From an uncultured Eubacteriales bacterium (lineage in GTDB: Bacteria; Bacillota; Clostridia; Christensenellales; Aristaeellaceae), in NCBI GenBank assembly GCA_902799045.1, contig CADBZH010000011.1, positions 118,434 through 182,433 of the forward strand: DNA of 64,000 nucleotides, read 5' to 3'. The translations under genes were made by a program, and so were the position numbers. The notes beneath the pieces are model-generated. The model searched no databases, had not been told where the DNA came from, and saw nothing but the letters and a program-made list of their open reading frames with translations. Below, piece after piece: positions 35,943 through 45,720 of this stretch (position 1 is the stretch's first letter; each line of letters starts with the position of its first letter).

Positions 35943-36863
35943 ATGTCCAAAATCGAAACCTTCACCCTCCCCTCCCGCGCCGACGGCCTTCCGCTGTCCG
36001 TCTGCGTGGTGACGCCCGACGGCCCGCCCAAGGCCCTCGTGCAGTTCGCCCACGGCATGGCCGAGCACAAGGAGCGCTACCTGCCCTTCATGGAATTCCT
36101 GGCGGAGCACGGCTTCGCCTCCGTCATCAACGACCACCGCGGCCACGGCGCCAGCGTGAAATCCCCGGACGACTTGGGCTATTTCTACACCGGCGGTGCG
36201 GACGCGCTGGTCACGGATTTGCACCAGCTGACGCTCTGGTTCCGCCAGCGCTATCCGGGCCTGAAGCTGATCCTGTTCGGCCACAGCATGGGCTCGCTGG
36301 CCGTGCGCGTCTATCGCCAGAAATACGACGGCGATATCGACGCCCTCGTCGTCTGCGGCAGCCCCGGCGCGAACCCCGTCACCGGCGCGGGCCTCTTCCT
36401 GAACAGGCTGATGACCCTCTTCAAGGGCGAGCGCTACATCAGCAGGCTGTTCGTTCAAATGACCACCGGCAGCTTCAACAAGGGCAACCCCAAGTCCGGC
36501 AGCGCCAACGCCTGGCTGTCCACCAATCAGGACAACGTACAGAAGTACGACGCCGACCCTCTCTGCGGCTTCCCCTTCACGCTGAACGGCTACCGGGCGC
36601 TGCTGACGCTGATGCGCGACGCCTACCGCGCCGTGCCCGCGGGGCATCCCGACCTGCCGGTGCACTTCATCTCCGGCGAAAACGACCCCTGCGCCCCGGA
36701 CAAAAAGGGCTTCGAAAGCGCCGTGGCCTGCCTGAAGCGCGACGGCTACCGGACCGTCACGGCCAAGATGTACCCGAATATGCGCCACGAGATCCTGAAC
36801 CACGCCGAGCACCAACTGGTCTACGACGAGCTGCTGGAGCTGTTCGAGGGCTGGATCCAGTAA
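35943..36863 (+). CDS. Alpha/beta hydrolase (lysophospholipase/monoacylglycerol-lipase-like)
   Basis: Start ATG 35943 after GGAGG; GHSMGS nucleophile elbow. Confidence 0.8.
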   Translation: MSKIETFTLPSRADGLPLSVCVVTPDGPPKALVQFAHGMAEHKERYLPFMEFLAEHGFASVINDHRGHGASVKSPDDLGYFYTGGADALVTDLHQLTLWFRQRYPGLKLILFGHSMGSLAVRVYRQKYDGDIDALVVCGSPGANPVTGAGLFLNRLMTLFKGERYISRLFVQMTTGSFNKGNPKSGSANAWLSTNQDNVQKYDADPLCGFPFTLNGYRALLTLMRDAYRAVPAGHPDLPVHFISGENDPCAPDKKGFESAVACLKRDGYRTVTAKMYPNMRHEILNHAEHQLVYDELLELFEGWIQ

Positions 36864-36871
36864 CCCCCGAA

Positions 36872-37104
36872 GCTGTCTCAAAAATGAACAGGCATCCATA
36901 AAGCAGATGAATCGCTTCGTTTTTTCCTGGCGGGCGGCGCAACGCCGCCCCTACATATGCATCCCTGCTGTATGGTAATCCGTTTTGAGACAGCCCCTTT
37001 TGTTCTTCACGGAAACCCGGGAATGAGTGAAATGCCGTCGGCTTGCAAAGCGCACAGATCCTGCGCTTCGCGGGCCTGCGGCTGCGCTGCGCGCAGGATC
37101 TGTG
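36872..37104. repeat. Two adjacent nested palindromic elements (F: GCTGTCTCAAAA...TTTTGAGACAGC enclosing a GC hairpin; then a C/D copy)
   Basis: F arms 36872-36883 and 36983-36994; A-type hairpin near 36930-36953; D palindrome 37053-37104. Confidence 0.85.
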
Positions 37105-37255
37105 CGCAGCGTCAGAAGGCTCCGTTCTACTTATCCCCCAACACTCCTTGATGAGCCTTTTATTATGTATTCGTTAATTCTTGTTTCGGTACCTTGACAT
37201 TTATCCTTCTCCCCGCTATTATTTAGGTACCAAAACACGAAAGGACGGATGAATC

Positions 37256-37969
37256 ATGTTCAACCATTTCAATCGAATGAATCATCATTTCGACGCGCAT
37301 AATCCCATCAACGAACAGGAGCTCTTCCAAGCGGAGCATCGTCACGGCGGTCCCCGCCACATGCCCCGCGACTTCGGCCCGGGCCCCAGCCCCCGCTGCA
37401 TGCCCCGCGGCATGGCCCCGGACGGCTCCGGCTTTCCCCCCTTCGACGGACCCGGCGGCATGCCTCCCTTCGGCCATGGCCCGCGCGGTCCGCGCCGCCC
37501 CGACCCGGAATTCCTCCGCCGCCGCGTGGAGGACGCCGACCTGGCGGAGCTGATCGACATGGCAGGCCGCATGCTGCGCCGCCGTCCCCAGGGCGGCCCC
37601 GCCCAGGGCCAGGCGCTGGTGCTGTCGATCCTGCTGGGCCGGGATGCCCTCTCCCAGCGGGAGCTGCAGCAGATGCTGGGCATCCAGCCCGGCTCCCTCA
37701 GCGAGCTGGTGAGCAAGCTGGAGGCCAAGGGACTCGTCACCCGCGAAAAGGCGGAGGATCGCCGCGGCAACCTGCTGCGCATCACCGACGCGGGCCGCGC
37801 CGCCGCCACCGAAGCCACCGACACCCCCCGGGACGATCCCTTCTCCCCGCTGACCGACGAACAACAGGACGCCCTCGCCGACACCCTGCGCACGCTGCTC
37901 ACCCAGTGGATCGCCCAGCTGGACGAGGCTCCCCGCCTCCCCCGCGGCCAGAAGCCGGTGGAGCTGTAG
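37256..37969 (+). CDS. MarR-family transcriptional regulator with a His/Pro/Gly-rich N-terminal extension
   Basis: wHTH region LSQRELQQMLGIQPGSLSELVSKLEAKGLVTREKAEDRRGNLLRITDAG. Confidence 0.8.
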   Translation: MFNHFNRMNHHFDAHNPINEQELFQAEHRHGGPRHMPRDFGPGPSPRCMPRGMAPDGSGFPPFDGPGGMPPFGHGPRGPRRPDPEFLRRRVEDADLAELIDMAGRMLRRRPQGGPAQGQALVLSILLGRDALSQRELQQMLGIQPGSLSELVSKLEAKGLVTREKAEDRRGNLLRITDAGRAAATEATDTPRDDPFSPLTDEQQDALADTLRTLLTQWIAQLDEAPRLPRGQKPVEL

Positions 37970-38025
37970 AAGGTTCAAGCCGACGGACGCGGAGACATCC
38001 CACCGCTTGCCATGAAGAGCCAAAA

Positions 38026-38298
38026 AAGGTTCTTCACGGAATGTTGTGGGATTGGTATAACGCAGTCTGTAGACGTTGCGCACCGATCCTGCGCTTCGCG
38101 GGCCTGCGGCATTGAGGGTGGTATTCTGCCATGCGTTTCCATGCAGCCCTCAACTTTCCATCAAGAGCCGAAAAAACAGATTGCCACGTCGCTCCTTCGG
38201 AGCTCCTCGCGATGACACTGTGTACGCTTTTTCGCGGTACGCCGCGGTGACGCAGAACGTCATTGCGAGGAGGGCGCAAGCCCGACGTGACAATCCGG
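38026..38298. repeat. Degenerate C/D copy followed by a B(-)/B(+) inverted pair
   Basis: B(-) 38177-38216, B(+) 38259-38298. Confidence 0.85.
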
Positions 38299-38312
38299 TT
38301 TCCCGTCCTCAA

Positions 38313-39143
38313 TTAATCCTCAATTCCCATGATCCGGTTGCTGTTCTCCCACAGCTGTTCGGCCAATTGGTCCGGCCCGACGCCCCTCAATTCCGCCACC
38401 TTCGCGAAGGTATGCGCGATGAACGCCGGTTCGTTGCGCTTCCCGCGAAGCGGCACGGGGGCCATGTATGGGCAATCGGTTTCGATCAGCAGCCGGTCGG
38501 CGGGCACGTTTCGCGCCACCTCCGAAAGCTTCGGCGCGTTCTTGAAGGTCACCGCGCCGGACAGGCTGATGTAAAGCCCCAGGTCCAGGTACACCTTCGC
38601 GCTCTCCCAGCTGCCGGTGTAGCAGTGCATGATGCCCGCGGGCATCCGTCCCGCCCGGGCCCGCCCGCGCAGCATGTCCAGGCAGTCGCCGTGGGCCTCG
38701 CGGATATGCAGCTGCACGGGGATATGCCGCTCAAAGGCCATGTCCAGCTGTATGTCGAACACTTCCCGCTGCACATCCCTCGGCGAGAGATCGTAGTGAT
38801 AATCCAGCCCGATCTCCCCCAGCAGGCGGCACTTCGGCTTCTCAAGATACGCCCGCACCGTCGCCTCGGCCGCGCCGTCCCAGCCGCTGGCGTTGTGGGG
38901 ATGCACGCCGATGGCTCCGTACAGGAAATCCCGCGACTCGACGATTTCAAACACCTTTTGCTCGTTGCCCACGCCAATCAGCCTGCCGCCCTCGTCCGGA
39001 TCCCCGTCATAGAGCTTCTCCCGCGGGTCCGCCACCACCAGCGCCCGCGCCACGCCGGCATCCAAAAACCGCCGGATCACCTCGTCCAGGTCGGCGTCAA
39101 AGCGCGGGTCCGCGATGTGGCAGTGGGTGTCGAACAGCCTCAT
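38313..39143 (-). CDS. tatD: TatD-family metal-dependent hydrolase/DNase
   Basis: MRLFDTHCHI start motif; downstream of metG as in many Firmicutes. Confidence 0.9.
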   Translation of the reverse strand: MRLFDTHCHIADPRFDADLDEVIRRFLDAGVARALVVADPREKLYDGDPDEGGRLIGVGNEQKVFEIVESRDFLYGAIGVHPHNASGWDGAAEATVRAYLEKPKCRLLGEIGLDYHYDLSPRDVQREVFDIQLDMAFERHIPVQLHIREAHGDCLDMLRGRARAGRMPAGIMHCYTGSWESAKVYLDLGLYISLSGAVTFKNAPKLSEVARNVPADRLLIETDCPYMAPVPLRGKRNEPAFIAHTFAKVAELRGVGPDQLAEQLWENSNRIMGIED

Positions 39144-39273
39144 ATCCTAATTCCTCGTATCCTTGCAAACTTGCCGGGGGGATCGGGGGCGGCAGCGCCC
39201 CGATTAAAATCCGTTCCAGGCGACATGCGCGCCTGGACGGAATGTAATTTTGTTTTACAAAATTCATACCTTG

Positions 39274-39317
39274 CAGATTTGACGGCCAGAGTTCCTCAGG
39301 AACTCAAGTCAAATCTG
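39274..39317. repeat. 44-nt nested perfect palindrome CAGATTTGAC..GAGTTCCT-C-AGGAACTC..GTCAAATCTG
   Basis: Read directly; lies in the metG-tatD spacer. Confidence 0.85.
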
Positions 39318-39330
39318 TCAGGGGGGAGCA

Positions 39331-39356
39331 TTGAGGGGGGACCTGTCCCCCCTCAA
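39331..39356 (-). terminator. GC-rich hairpin just after the metG stop (TTGAGGGGGGAC..GTCCCCCCTCAA)
   Basis: 12-bp perfect stem. There is no clear U-tract, so terminator function is uncertain. Confidence 0.4.
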
Positions 39357-39362
39357 CAGGCG

Positions 39363-41342
39363 TTAGCCGATCTCGCTGCCCGGGGCGACATCCCCGTCCA
39401 CGGTCAGCAGCCGCACGCCGCCGTCCGGGTCCTCGGCGCAGAGCAGCATCCCCTCGGACACCTGCCCGGCCATCTTCCTCGGCGCGAAGTTGTTCACCAG
39501 CACCACGGTCTTGCCGACCATCTCCTCGGGGCTGTAGAACTTCGCGATGCCGCTGCACACGGTCTTGGTCTTCCCGCCTCCGATGTCCAGCGTCTCCTTC
39601 AGCAGCTTGTCGCTCTTTTCCACCTTCTCGCAGGCGATCACCTTCGCCGCGATCAGCTTGATCTTCATGAAGTCGTCGAAGCTGGCGATGCCGTCGTCGG
39701 CCTTCTTTTCAGCCTTCTCTTCCTTCTTTTCCGCCTTCTTTTCGGCCTTCTCCGCCTGCTTCAGCTCCTTCTCCTTCGCGGCGGCCATGGCCTCCAGCTC
39801 CTTCTTGATGTCCACGCGCGGGAACAGAGCCTCGCCCTTCTTCACCACGGTGCCGGCGGGCAGCCGGCCAAACGTCTGCACGCTCTCCCAGGTCTGAAGC
39901 GCCTCGTCCGTCACGCCCAGCTGGGCATAGATGCGCGCCGGGGTGGAGGGCATGGTGGGATAGATGTACACGCTGATGGCGCGGATGCACTCCGCCAGCA
40001 CGTACATCACGGTCTGGAGCCTGGGCAGGGTCTCCTCGCTCTTGCACAGCACCCACGGCTGGGTAATGTCGATGTACTTGTTGCATTCGCCGATCAGCTT
40101 CCAGATCTCGGAAAGCGCCACGGAGAACTGCAGCCGGTTCATCTGCTCCTCCACGGCCTTCGGCAGCGCCTCGAAGGTGGCGATCAGGCTGCGGTCCGGT
40201 TCCTCATAGGCGTTCGGGGCCGGCACCACGCCGCCGAAGTATTTCTCGATCATCGCCACGGTGCGGCTGACCAGGTTGCCCAGGTCGTTCACCAGGTCGG
40301 CGTTCATGCGGGTCAGCAGCGCCTCGTTGGTGTAGTTGCCGTCCGCGCCGAAGGGCATCTCCCTCATCAGGTAATAGCGCAGCGTGTCCACGCCATAGCG
40401 CTCGACGATCGGCGCGGGGTACACGATGTTGCCCTTGCTCTTGGACATCTTGTCCTCGCCGAACAACAGCCAGCCGTGGCCGAACACCTGCTTCGGCAGC
40501 TCAAGCCCCAGCGCGTGCAGCATGATCGGCCAGTAGATGGTGTGGAAGCGCACGATCTCCTTGCCCACCAGGTGCACGTCCGCCGGCCAGAACTTTTTGA
40601 ACTTTTCGTCGTGGTCGGTGCCGTAGCCCAGGGCGGTGATGTAGTTCGACAGGGCGTCGATCCACACGTACACCACGTGCTTCGGGTCAAAGTCCACCGG
40701 CACGCCCCACTTGAAGGACGTGCGGCTGACGCACAAATCCTGAAGCCCGGGGCGCAGGAAGTTGTTCAGCATCTCGTTCGCCCTCGACGGCGGCTGGATG
40801 AAGTCCGGGTGCTCCTCAATGTACTTTATCATCCAGTCCTGATACTTGCTCATCCGGAAGAAATAGCTCTCCTCCTTCATGGGCTCCACGGGCCGGCCGC
40901 AGTCCGGGCACTTGCCGTCCTTCACCTGGGTGGGCGTCCAGAAGCTCTCGCAGGGCGTGCAATACAGGCCCTCATACTCGCTCTTGTAGATGTCGCCCTG
41001 GTCGTAGAACTGCCTGAAGATCTTCTGCACGATCTTCTGGTGGCGGTCCTCGGTGGTGCGGATGAAGTCGTCGTACTCGATGTTCATCAGCTTCCACAGT
41101 TCCTTCGTCTCCGCCACGATCTTGTCCACGAACTGCTGCGGCGTCACGCCGGCCTCGGCGGCTTTGCGCTCGATCTTCTGGCCGTGCTCGTCGGTACCGG
41201 TCAGGAAGTAGGTGTCATAGCCCGTCTGCTTCTTGAAGCGGATCATCGTGTCCGCCGCGACGGTGGTATAGGTGTGGCCGATGTGCATGTTCCCGCTGGG
41301 ATAGTAGATCGGCGTCGTCAGATAGAACGTGGGCTTTGCCAT
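39363..41342 (-). CDS. metG: Methionine--tRNA ligase with C-terminal tRNA-binding (EMAP/Trbp111-like) domain
   Basis: Start ATG 41342 (GGGGGAGA SD); HIGH-type motif NMHIGH and KMSKS; K/E-rich linker. Confidence 0.96.
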   Translation of the reverse strand: MAKPTFYLTTPIYYPSGNMHIGHTYTTVAADTMIRFKKQTGYDTYFLTGTDEHGQKIERKAAEAGVTPQQFVDKIVAETKELWKLMNIEYDDFIRTTEDRHQKIVQKIFRQFYDQGDIYKSEYEGLYCTPCESFWTPTQVKDGKCPDCGRPVEPMKEESYFFRMSKYQDWMIKYIEEHPDFIQPPSRANEMLNNFLRPGLQDLCVSRTSFKWGVPVDFDPKHVVYVWIDALSNYITALGYGTDHDEKFKKFWPADVHLVGKEIVRFHTIYWPIMLHALGLELPKQVFGHGWLLFGEDKMSKSKGNIVYPAPIVERYGVDTLRYYLMREMPFGADGNYTNEALLTRMNADLVNDLGNLVSRTVAMIEKYFGGVVPAPNAYEEPDRSLIATFEALPKAVEEQMNRLQFSVALSEIWKLIGECNKYIDITQPWVLCKSEETLPRLQTVMYVLAECIRAISVYIYPTMPSTPARIYAQLGVTDEALQTWESVQTFGRLPAGTVVKKGEALFPRVDIKKELEAMAAAKEKELKQAEKAEKKAEKKEEKAEKKADDGIASFDDFMKIKLIAAKVIACEKVEKSDKLLKETLDIGGGKTKTVCSGIAKFYSPEEMVGKTVVLVNNFAPRKMAGQVSEGMLLCAEDPDGGVRLLTVDGDVAPGSEIG

Positions 41343-41612
41343 GGTTATCTCCCCCTCTGAATAAAAATCGCGCCCCCTGTTGCAGGGGCGCGGTGTGCGC
41401 GGTACCAACCCTATTCACGCGACCTGATGAATCGCGCCTTCTTGCCTGTAACGTGGCGGCAGGTCTGCCTACGTCGGGCGCTCAAGCCATGCGGCACTTC
41501 ACGTCCGAAGCTCCGGAGCCATGTTCACGCGCCCTCGGTTGTCGGCTCCCACCGTCCCGACTCTCTTTGAACCCCGGCGTCGCGCTACTCTCTCCTTCAA
41601 AGCCGTTGCAAC
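41343..41612 (-). promoter_or_regulatory. T-box riboswitch leader (Met) with terminator
   Basis: Minus strand has AGAGAGTA stem I motif, GGTGGGA distal motif, a candidate specifier GAAC-ATG-G, T-box AATAGGGTTGGTACCGCGC (41415-41397) and terminator CGCGCCCCTGCAACAGGGGGCGCG + ATTTTTA (41392-41362). Confidence 0.85.
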
Positions 41613-41613
41613 C

Positions 41614-41642
41614 ATTATAATGCCCCGCCGTGTTAAAGTCAA
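41614..41642 (-). promoter_or_regulatory. Promoter TTGACT-17-TATAAT for the metG leader
   Basis: Minus strand TTGACT 41642-41637, TATAAT 41619-41614. Confidence 0.6.
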
Positions 41643-41756
41643 GCCTATGGCGGGATATAGGCCGGTTTTCATGTCCACGCGCATTTTGTCTTTCCATTTT
41701 TCCCGGATTGTGCTATGATATGCACAACCCAATTTATCCGGAAAGGATGTGCCACC

Positions 41757-43295
41757 ATGCCCGCTAAGTGGTTGAAAGACGCCGTATTCTATGAGATCTA
41801 TCCCCAATCGTTCAAGGACACCAACGCCGACGGCATCGGCGATCTGCAGGGCATCATCGAGAAGCTGGACTATGTGAACTCCCTGGGCTGCAACGCCCTG
41901 TGGATCAACCCCTGCTTCGATTCCCCGTTCCGCGACGCCGGCTACGACGTGCGCGACTACAGGAAGGTCGCCTCCCGCTACGGCACGAACGCGGACCTCA
42001 TCCGCCTGTTCGACGAAGCCCACAAGCGGGACATGCGGGTGCTGCTGGACCTGGTGCCCGGCCACACCAGCGAGCAGCACGCCTGGTTCCGCGCCAGCCA
42101 GAGCGAGGACCAGCCCAACCCGTACACCAACCGCTACATCTGGACCGACCAGTGGTTTGCCGGCTGCGACCTGAACTTCATCGCCGGCGAGGCCGAGCGT
42201 CCCAACGCCTACATCGTCAACTTCTTCAAGTGCCAGCCCGCGCTGAACTACGGCTTCCTGAAGCCGCGCGCGCCCTGGCAGCTGCCGATGGACCACCCGG
42301 ACTGCATCGCCACCCGCGAGGCCATGAAGGACGTCATGCGCTTCTGGCTCAGCCAGGGCTGCGACGGCTTCCGCGTCGACATGGCCGCCTCGTTGGTAAA
42401 GTACGACGACGATCAAAAATCCGGCACCTGCGCCATCTGGCGCGAGGTCCGAGGGATGCTGGACGCGGAGTTTCCCGAGGCTGCCCTCGTGGCGGAGTGG
42501 AGCCGGCCGGACCTGTCGCTGCCCGCGGGCTTCGACATGGACTTCATCCTCAACGATCCCCACACGAATTACGCCACGCTGCTGCGCGACTACAACGCGC
42601 CGGTGGACAACACCTATTTCCGCCGGGACGCCCCCGCCCGGGACGCCCGCCGCTTCCTGGACATCTATCTGCCGTGGTACGAGGCCACCAGGGGCGTGGG
42701 CTACATCTCGCTGCCCACCTGCAACCACGACACGCCGCGCCCCCGCTGGCACCTGACCGAAACGGAGCTGAAGCTGGCCTACGCCTTCCTGTTTACGATG
42801 CCGGGCGTGCCCTTCCTGTACTACGGCGACGAGATCGGCATGCGCTACCGGATCCTGCCCACCAAGGAGGGCGGCTACCAGCGCACCGGCTCCCGCACGC
42901 CCATGCAGTGGGACGACACGGCGAACCTGGGCTTCTCCGAGGCCGACCCCCAGGTGCTCTACCTGCCCGTGGACCCCGCCGACGACGCGCCCACCGTGGC
43001 CGCCCAGGAGCGGGACCCGCACTCGCTGCTGCGCTTTGTGCGCGCGCTGCTCGCCCTGCGCCACGGGGAGCCGGATCTGCAGGCCGACGCCCCCTTCGAG
43101 CTGCTCTGCGCCGACCCGGACCGGCCGCTGATCTACCGCCGCGGCGGCCTGCTGCTGGCGATCAATCCCTCCGGCGAGGCCCTCTCCGCCGAAGCTCCCA
43201 TCGAGGGCCGCAAGCCCCTGTTCACCTTCGGCGACGCGACCCTCGACGGCGGGCGCCTCACCCTCGACGCGCAGTCGTTCGTGATCCTGAAATAG
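41757..43295 (+). CDS. GH13 alpha-glucosidase/oligo-1,6-glucosidase-like glycoside hydrolase
   Basis: Start ATG 41757; DAVFYEIYPQSF, GFRVDMA (nucleophile), AEW, NHD motifs. Confidence 0.88.
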   Translation: MPAKWLKDAVFYEIYPQSFKDTNADGIGDLQGIIEKLDYVNSLGCNALWINPCFDSPFRDAGYDVRDYRKVASRYGTNADLIRLFDEAHKRDMRVLLDLVPGHTSEQHAWFRASQSEDQPNPYTNRYIWTDQWFAGCDLNFIAGEAERPNAYIVNFFKCQPALNYGFLKPRAPWQLPMDHPDCIATREAMKDVMRFWLSQGCDGFRVDMAASLVKYDDDQKSGTCAIWREVRGMLDAEFPEAALVAEWSRPDLSLPAGFDMDFILNDPHTNYATLLRDYNAPVDNTYFRRDAPARDARRFLDIYLPWYEATRGVGYISLPTCNHDTPRPRWHLTETELKLAYAFLFTMPGVPFLYYGDEIGMRYRILPTKEGGYQRTGSRTPMQWDDTANLGFSEADPQVLYLPVDPADDAPTVAAQERDPHSLLRFVRALLALRHGEPDLQADAPFELLCADPDRPLIYRRGGLLLAINPSGEALSAEAPIEGRKPLFTFGDATLDGGRLTLDAQSFVILK

Positions 43296-43409
43296 CGTCG
43301 GAACCGCATTCCCGCGTCGAATCCATCCGGCTCCACAGCCGCAGCGCCCGATTGCAGAACAGGCATCACGTGCGCCGCTGCGCCGCCCGCCCTTGCCTTC
43401 CCCTGTGTA

Positions 43410-43544
43410 GGGGCGGCGTTGCGCCGCCCGCCCAAAACGAGGGCCCGGATTGCCACGCCGCTTCGCTCCTCGCAACGACGTACAACCAAGCGTTATCGCA
43501 CTGCGTCATTGCGAGGAACCCTTTAGGCCGACGTGATAATCCGG
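43410..43544. repeat. Composite A + B(-)/B(+) element, same architecture as 17598-17743
   Basis: About 55 nt of near-identity to copy 1 (GGGGCGGCGTTGCGCCGCCCGCCCAAAACGAGGGCCCGGATTGCCACG); extra A-like hairpin near 43370-43395. Confidence 0.9.
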
Positions 43545-43578
43545 GCTCCCGTTTCTCATTTCCGATTTTCCATCCACC

Positions 43579-44865
43579 TCACGCCCACGCCAGCCAGATC
43601 ACCAGCGCGCCGGAGGCGGCGGCGATCAGCGTGAACGGCACGCCGATGCGCAGGAAATCCTTCGTCGCCACGGTGTAGCCCTCCTTCTGGAGGATGCCGA
43701 TGCCGGCGATGTTGGCGCTGGCCCCGATGGGCGTGATGTTGCCGCCCAGGGTCGCGCCGATCAACAGCCCGAAGGCCAGCAGATAGGGTTCGACGCCAAG
43801 CATCCCCGAGATGCTCCCCACCACCGGCAGCATCGTCGCCACATAGGGTATGTTGTCGATGAACGCGCTCAGCGCCACCGACACCGCCACGATCATCCCA
43901 TACATCAGCGCCTTGCTGCTGCCGCCGACCTGCACGAACCCCTGGGCCACCGCGTCGATCACGCCCGCGGAAGTCAGCCCCTGGATCACCATGAACAGGC
44001 CGGTGAGCAGCAGCAGCGTCTTGTAATCGATGGCCTTCGCCACGCTCCTGACCAGCGAAGCGCCGCCGGCCCCGCGCAGCGCCTCATAGGCCACGCCGAT
44101 CACGGCCAGCGCCATGCAGATGATGCCGTTGGTCAGCTCCGGCTTGTTCTCAAACTGGCTCGCCGCGATCAGCAGCAGCACCGTGCCCGCCAGCAGCGCC
44201 GTGGGCACGTAGTCCTTCACCTCGGTCAGCCTGCCGGGGGTCACCCTGCGCCCCTTTTCCGCCCGGAACAGCCACAGCAGCACCGGAACCGTCAGCAGCG
44301 CGCCCGCCTCCACGGCAAAGAAGATACCCAGCCGCCCGCGGAAGAAGAAGAAATCGTTGAAGCTCATGCCCGCGTAGCCCGCCAGCAGGATGCTCGTGGT
44401 GTCGCCCACCAGCGTGGCCGCGCCCTGCAAATTGCTGGACACCGCGATGGCGATGATCACCGGGACCGGGTTGGTCTTGATCTGCTTCGCCACCGCCAGG
44501 CCCACCGGCGCCACCATCAGCACGGTGGCCACGTTGTCCACGAAGGCTGAGATCAGGCCGCTGAACAGGCTCAGCGCCACCACGGCCCAGCGCACGTCCG
44601 GCACGACCCTCAACAGGCCCTCCGCCATCCGCTGGGGCATGCCGCTGCGAATAAACAGCTCCACGATCGCCATCGTTCCCGTCAGCATCATCAGCACGTT
44701 CCAGTTGATCGCGCCGAGGGCGTCGCCCACGGGCAGGATCCCCAGCACGAGGAACACGGCCGCCCCGCCCAGCGCGATGATCCACCGCTGCTCCGAAAAC
44801 TTCAAAAGCAGCGCGTACATGACGGCGAACAGCACCAGCGCCAACACCATCTGGTTCAAGTCCAT
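43579..44865 (-). CDS. ArsB/NhaD-superfamily (citrate-transporter-like) anion permease
   Basis: Start ATG 44865 after AAGGAGG; polytopic; duplicated FxDN(V/I) motifs (SAFVDNVATV, SAFIDNIPYV). Confidence 0.75.
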   Translation of the reverse strand: MDLNQMVLALVLFAVMYALLLKFSEQRWIIALGGAAVFLVLGILPVGDALGAINWNVLMMLTGTMAIVELFIRSGMPQRMAEGLLRVVPDVRWAVVALSLFSGLISAFVDNVATVLMVAPVGLAVAKQIKTNPVPVIIAIAVSSNLQGAATLVGDTTSILLAGYAGMSFNDFFFFRGRLGIFFAVEAGALLTVPVLLWLFRAEKGRRVTPGRLTEVKDYVPTALLAGTVLLLIAASQFENKPELTNGIICMALAVIGVAYEALRGAGGASLVRSVAKAIDYKTLLLLTGLFMVIQGLTSAGVIDAVAQGFVQVGGSSKALMYGMIVAVSVALSAFIDNIPYVATMLPVVGSISGMLGVEPYLLAFGLLIGATLGGNITPIGASANIAGIGILQKEGYTVATKDFLRIGVPFTLIAAASGALVIWLAWA

Positions 44866-45082
44866 CGGCCTCCTTTTTTGCCAAAAACACAAGAACAGCT
44901 ATAGCCGCGCTATACCTGTTCATCCGCGAGGGCATACGCACAGCAAGGCTATGCGAGTCTCACAATTTAAAACCGCGCCGGGACAGGATTCCGTGATGAC
45001 GGCTTGGCTCCGCGCTTGGCGGCTGTTACTCCCTCACGCCCCCATTATAACACCCGGTGTCGCGGCTTTGGCTATCTTTGGG

Positions 45083-45718
45083 TTAAAACTGCAGCGCGGC
45101 CAGCTCCGCGTCGATGTTCTCATAGAATCGCGCCGCCTGCAGGCCGTCCACCAGGGCATGGTGGGCCATCAGCGTCACGGGCATCATCAGGCGTCCACGG
45201 TGGTCTGCCTCGAACCGTCCCCAGGAGATGCGGGGGTTCGATTCGTCGCCCCCCGCCGTGGGCTGGATCAGCTGCACATAGTGCAGCCAAGGCAGGCTGG
45301 TCACAAAATACAGCCCCTCCACGTCCGCGTCCTCCTCGATGGAGCCGCCCTCCCGGCTGCGCCGCCGCGCCGCCTCGGCACAGGAAAGGTATTCGTCCCA
45401 GCCCATATCGTGAAACAGCGTGCAGTACACGTAGGTGCCGTTCTCCAGCAGCTCCACGTGGCTGGTGCCGCAGGCGTCATACTCCGCGATCCCGCCGCCG
45501 TGGATGCGCCGCCGCAGCTCCGGCACGGCGTTGGCCGCGCGCGCCGCCACGTGCATGAACGCCAGGTAGAACGAACAGCCCCGCGCCCGGCAAAACTCCC
45601 GCAGCGCCGTCACGTCCACGTTCACCGTCACGCCCATCATCGGGTTTTGAAGACTGCGAAAATATTCAAAATGCGCCCGCCGCGGGTCGTTTTCCAGGTC
45701 GATCATCCGATAGTTCAT
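45083..45718 (-). CDS. cat: Type A chloramphenicol O-acetyltransferase-like protein
   Basis: 211 aa; MNYRMIDLENDPRRAHFEYF N-terminus and catalytic-His motif MAHHALVDG (compare HHAVCDG). Confidence 0.8.
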   Translation of the reverse strand: MNYRMIDLENDPRRAHFEYFRSLQNPMMGVTVNVDVTALREFCRARGCSFYLAFMHVAARAANAVPELRRRIHGGGIAEYDACGTSHVELLENGTYVYCTLFHDMGWDEYLSCAEAARRRSREGGSIEEDADVEGLYFVTSLPWLHYVQLIQPTAGGDESNPRISWGRFEADHRGRLMMPVTLMAHHALVDGLQAARFYENIDAELAALQF

Positions 45719-45720
45719 AC

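Noticed and set aside
41343-41642. The metG leader as something unusual
   Set aside because: It is a standard T-box riboswitch with promoter, specifier region, T-box and terminator, as expected for aminoacyl-tRNA synthetase genes in Firmicutes.
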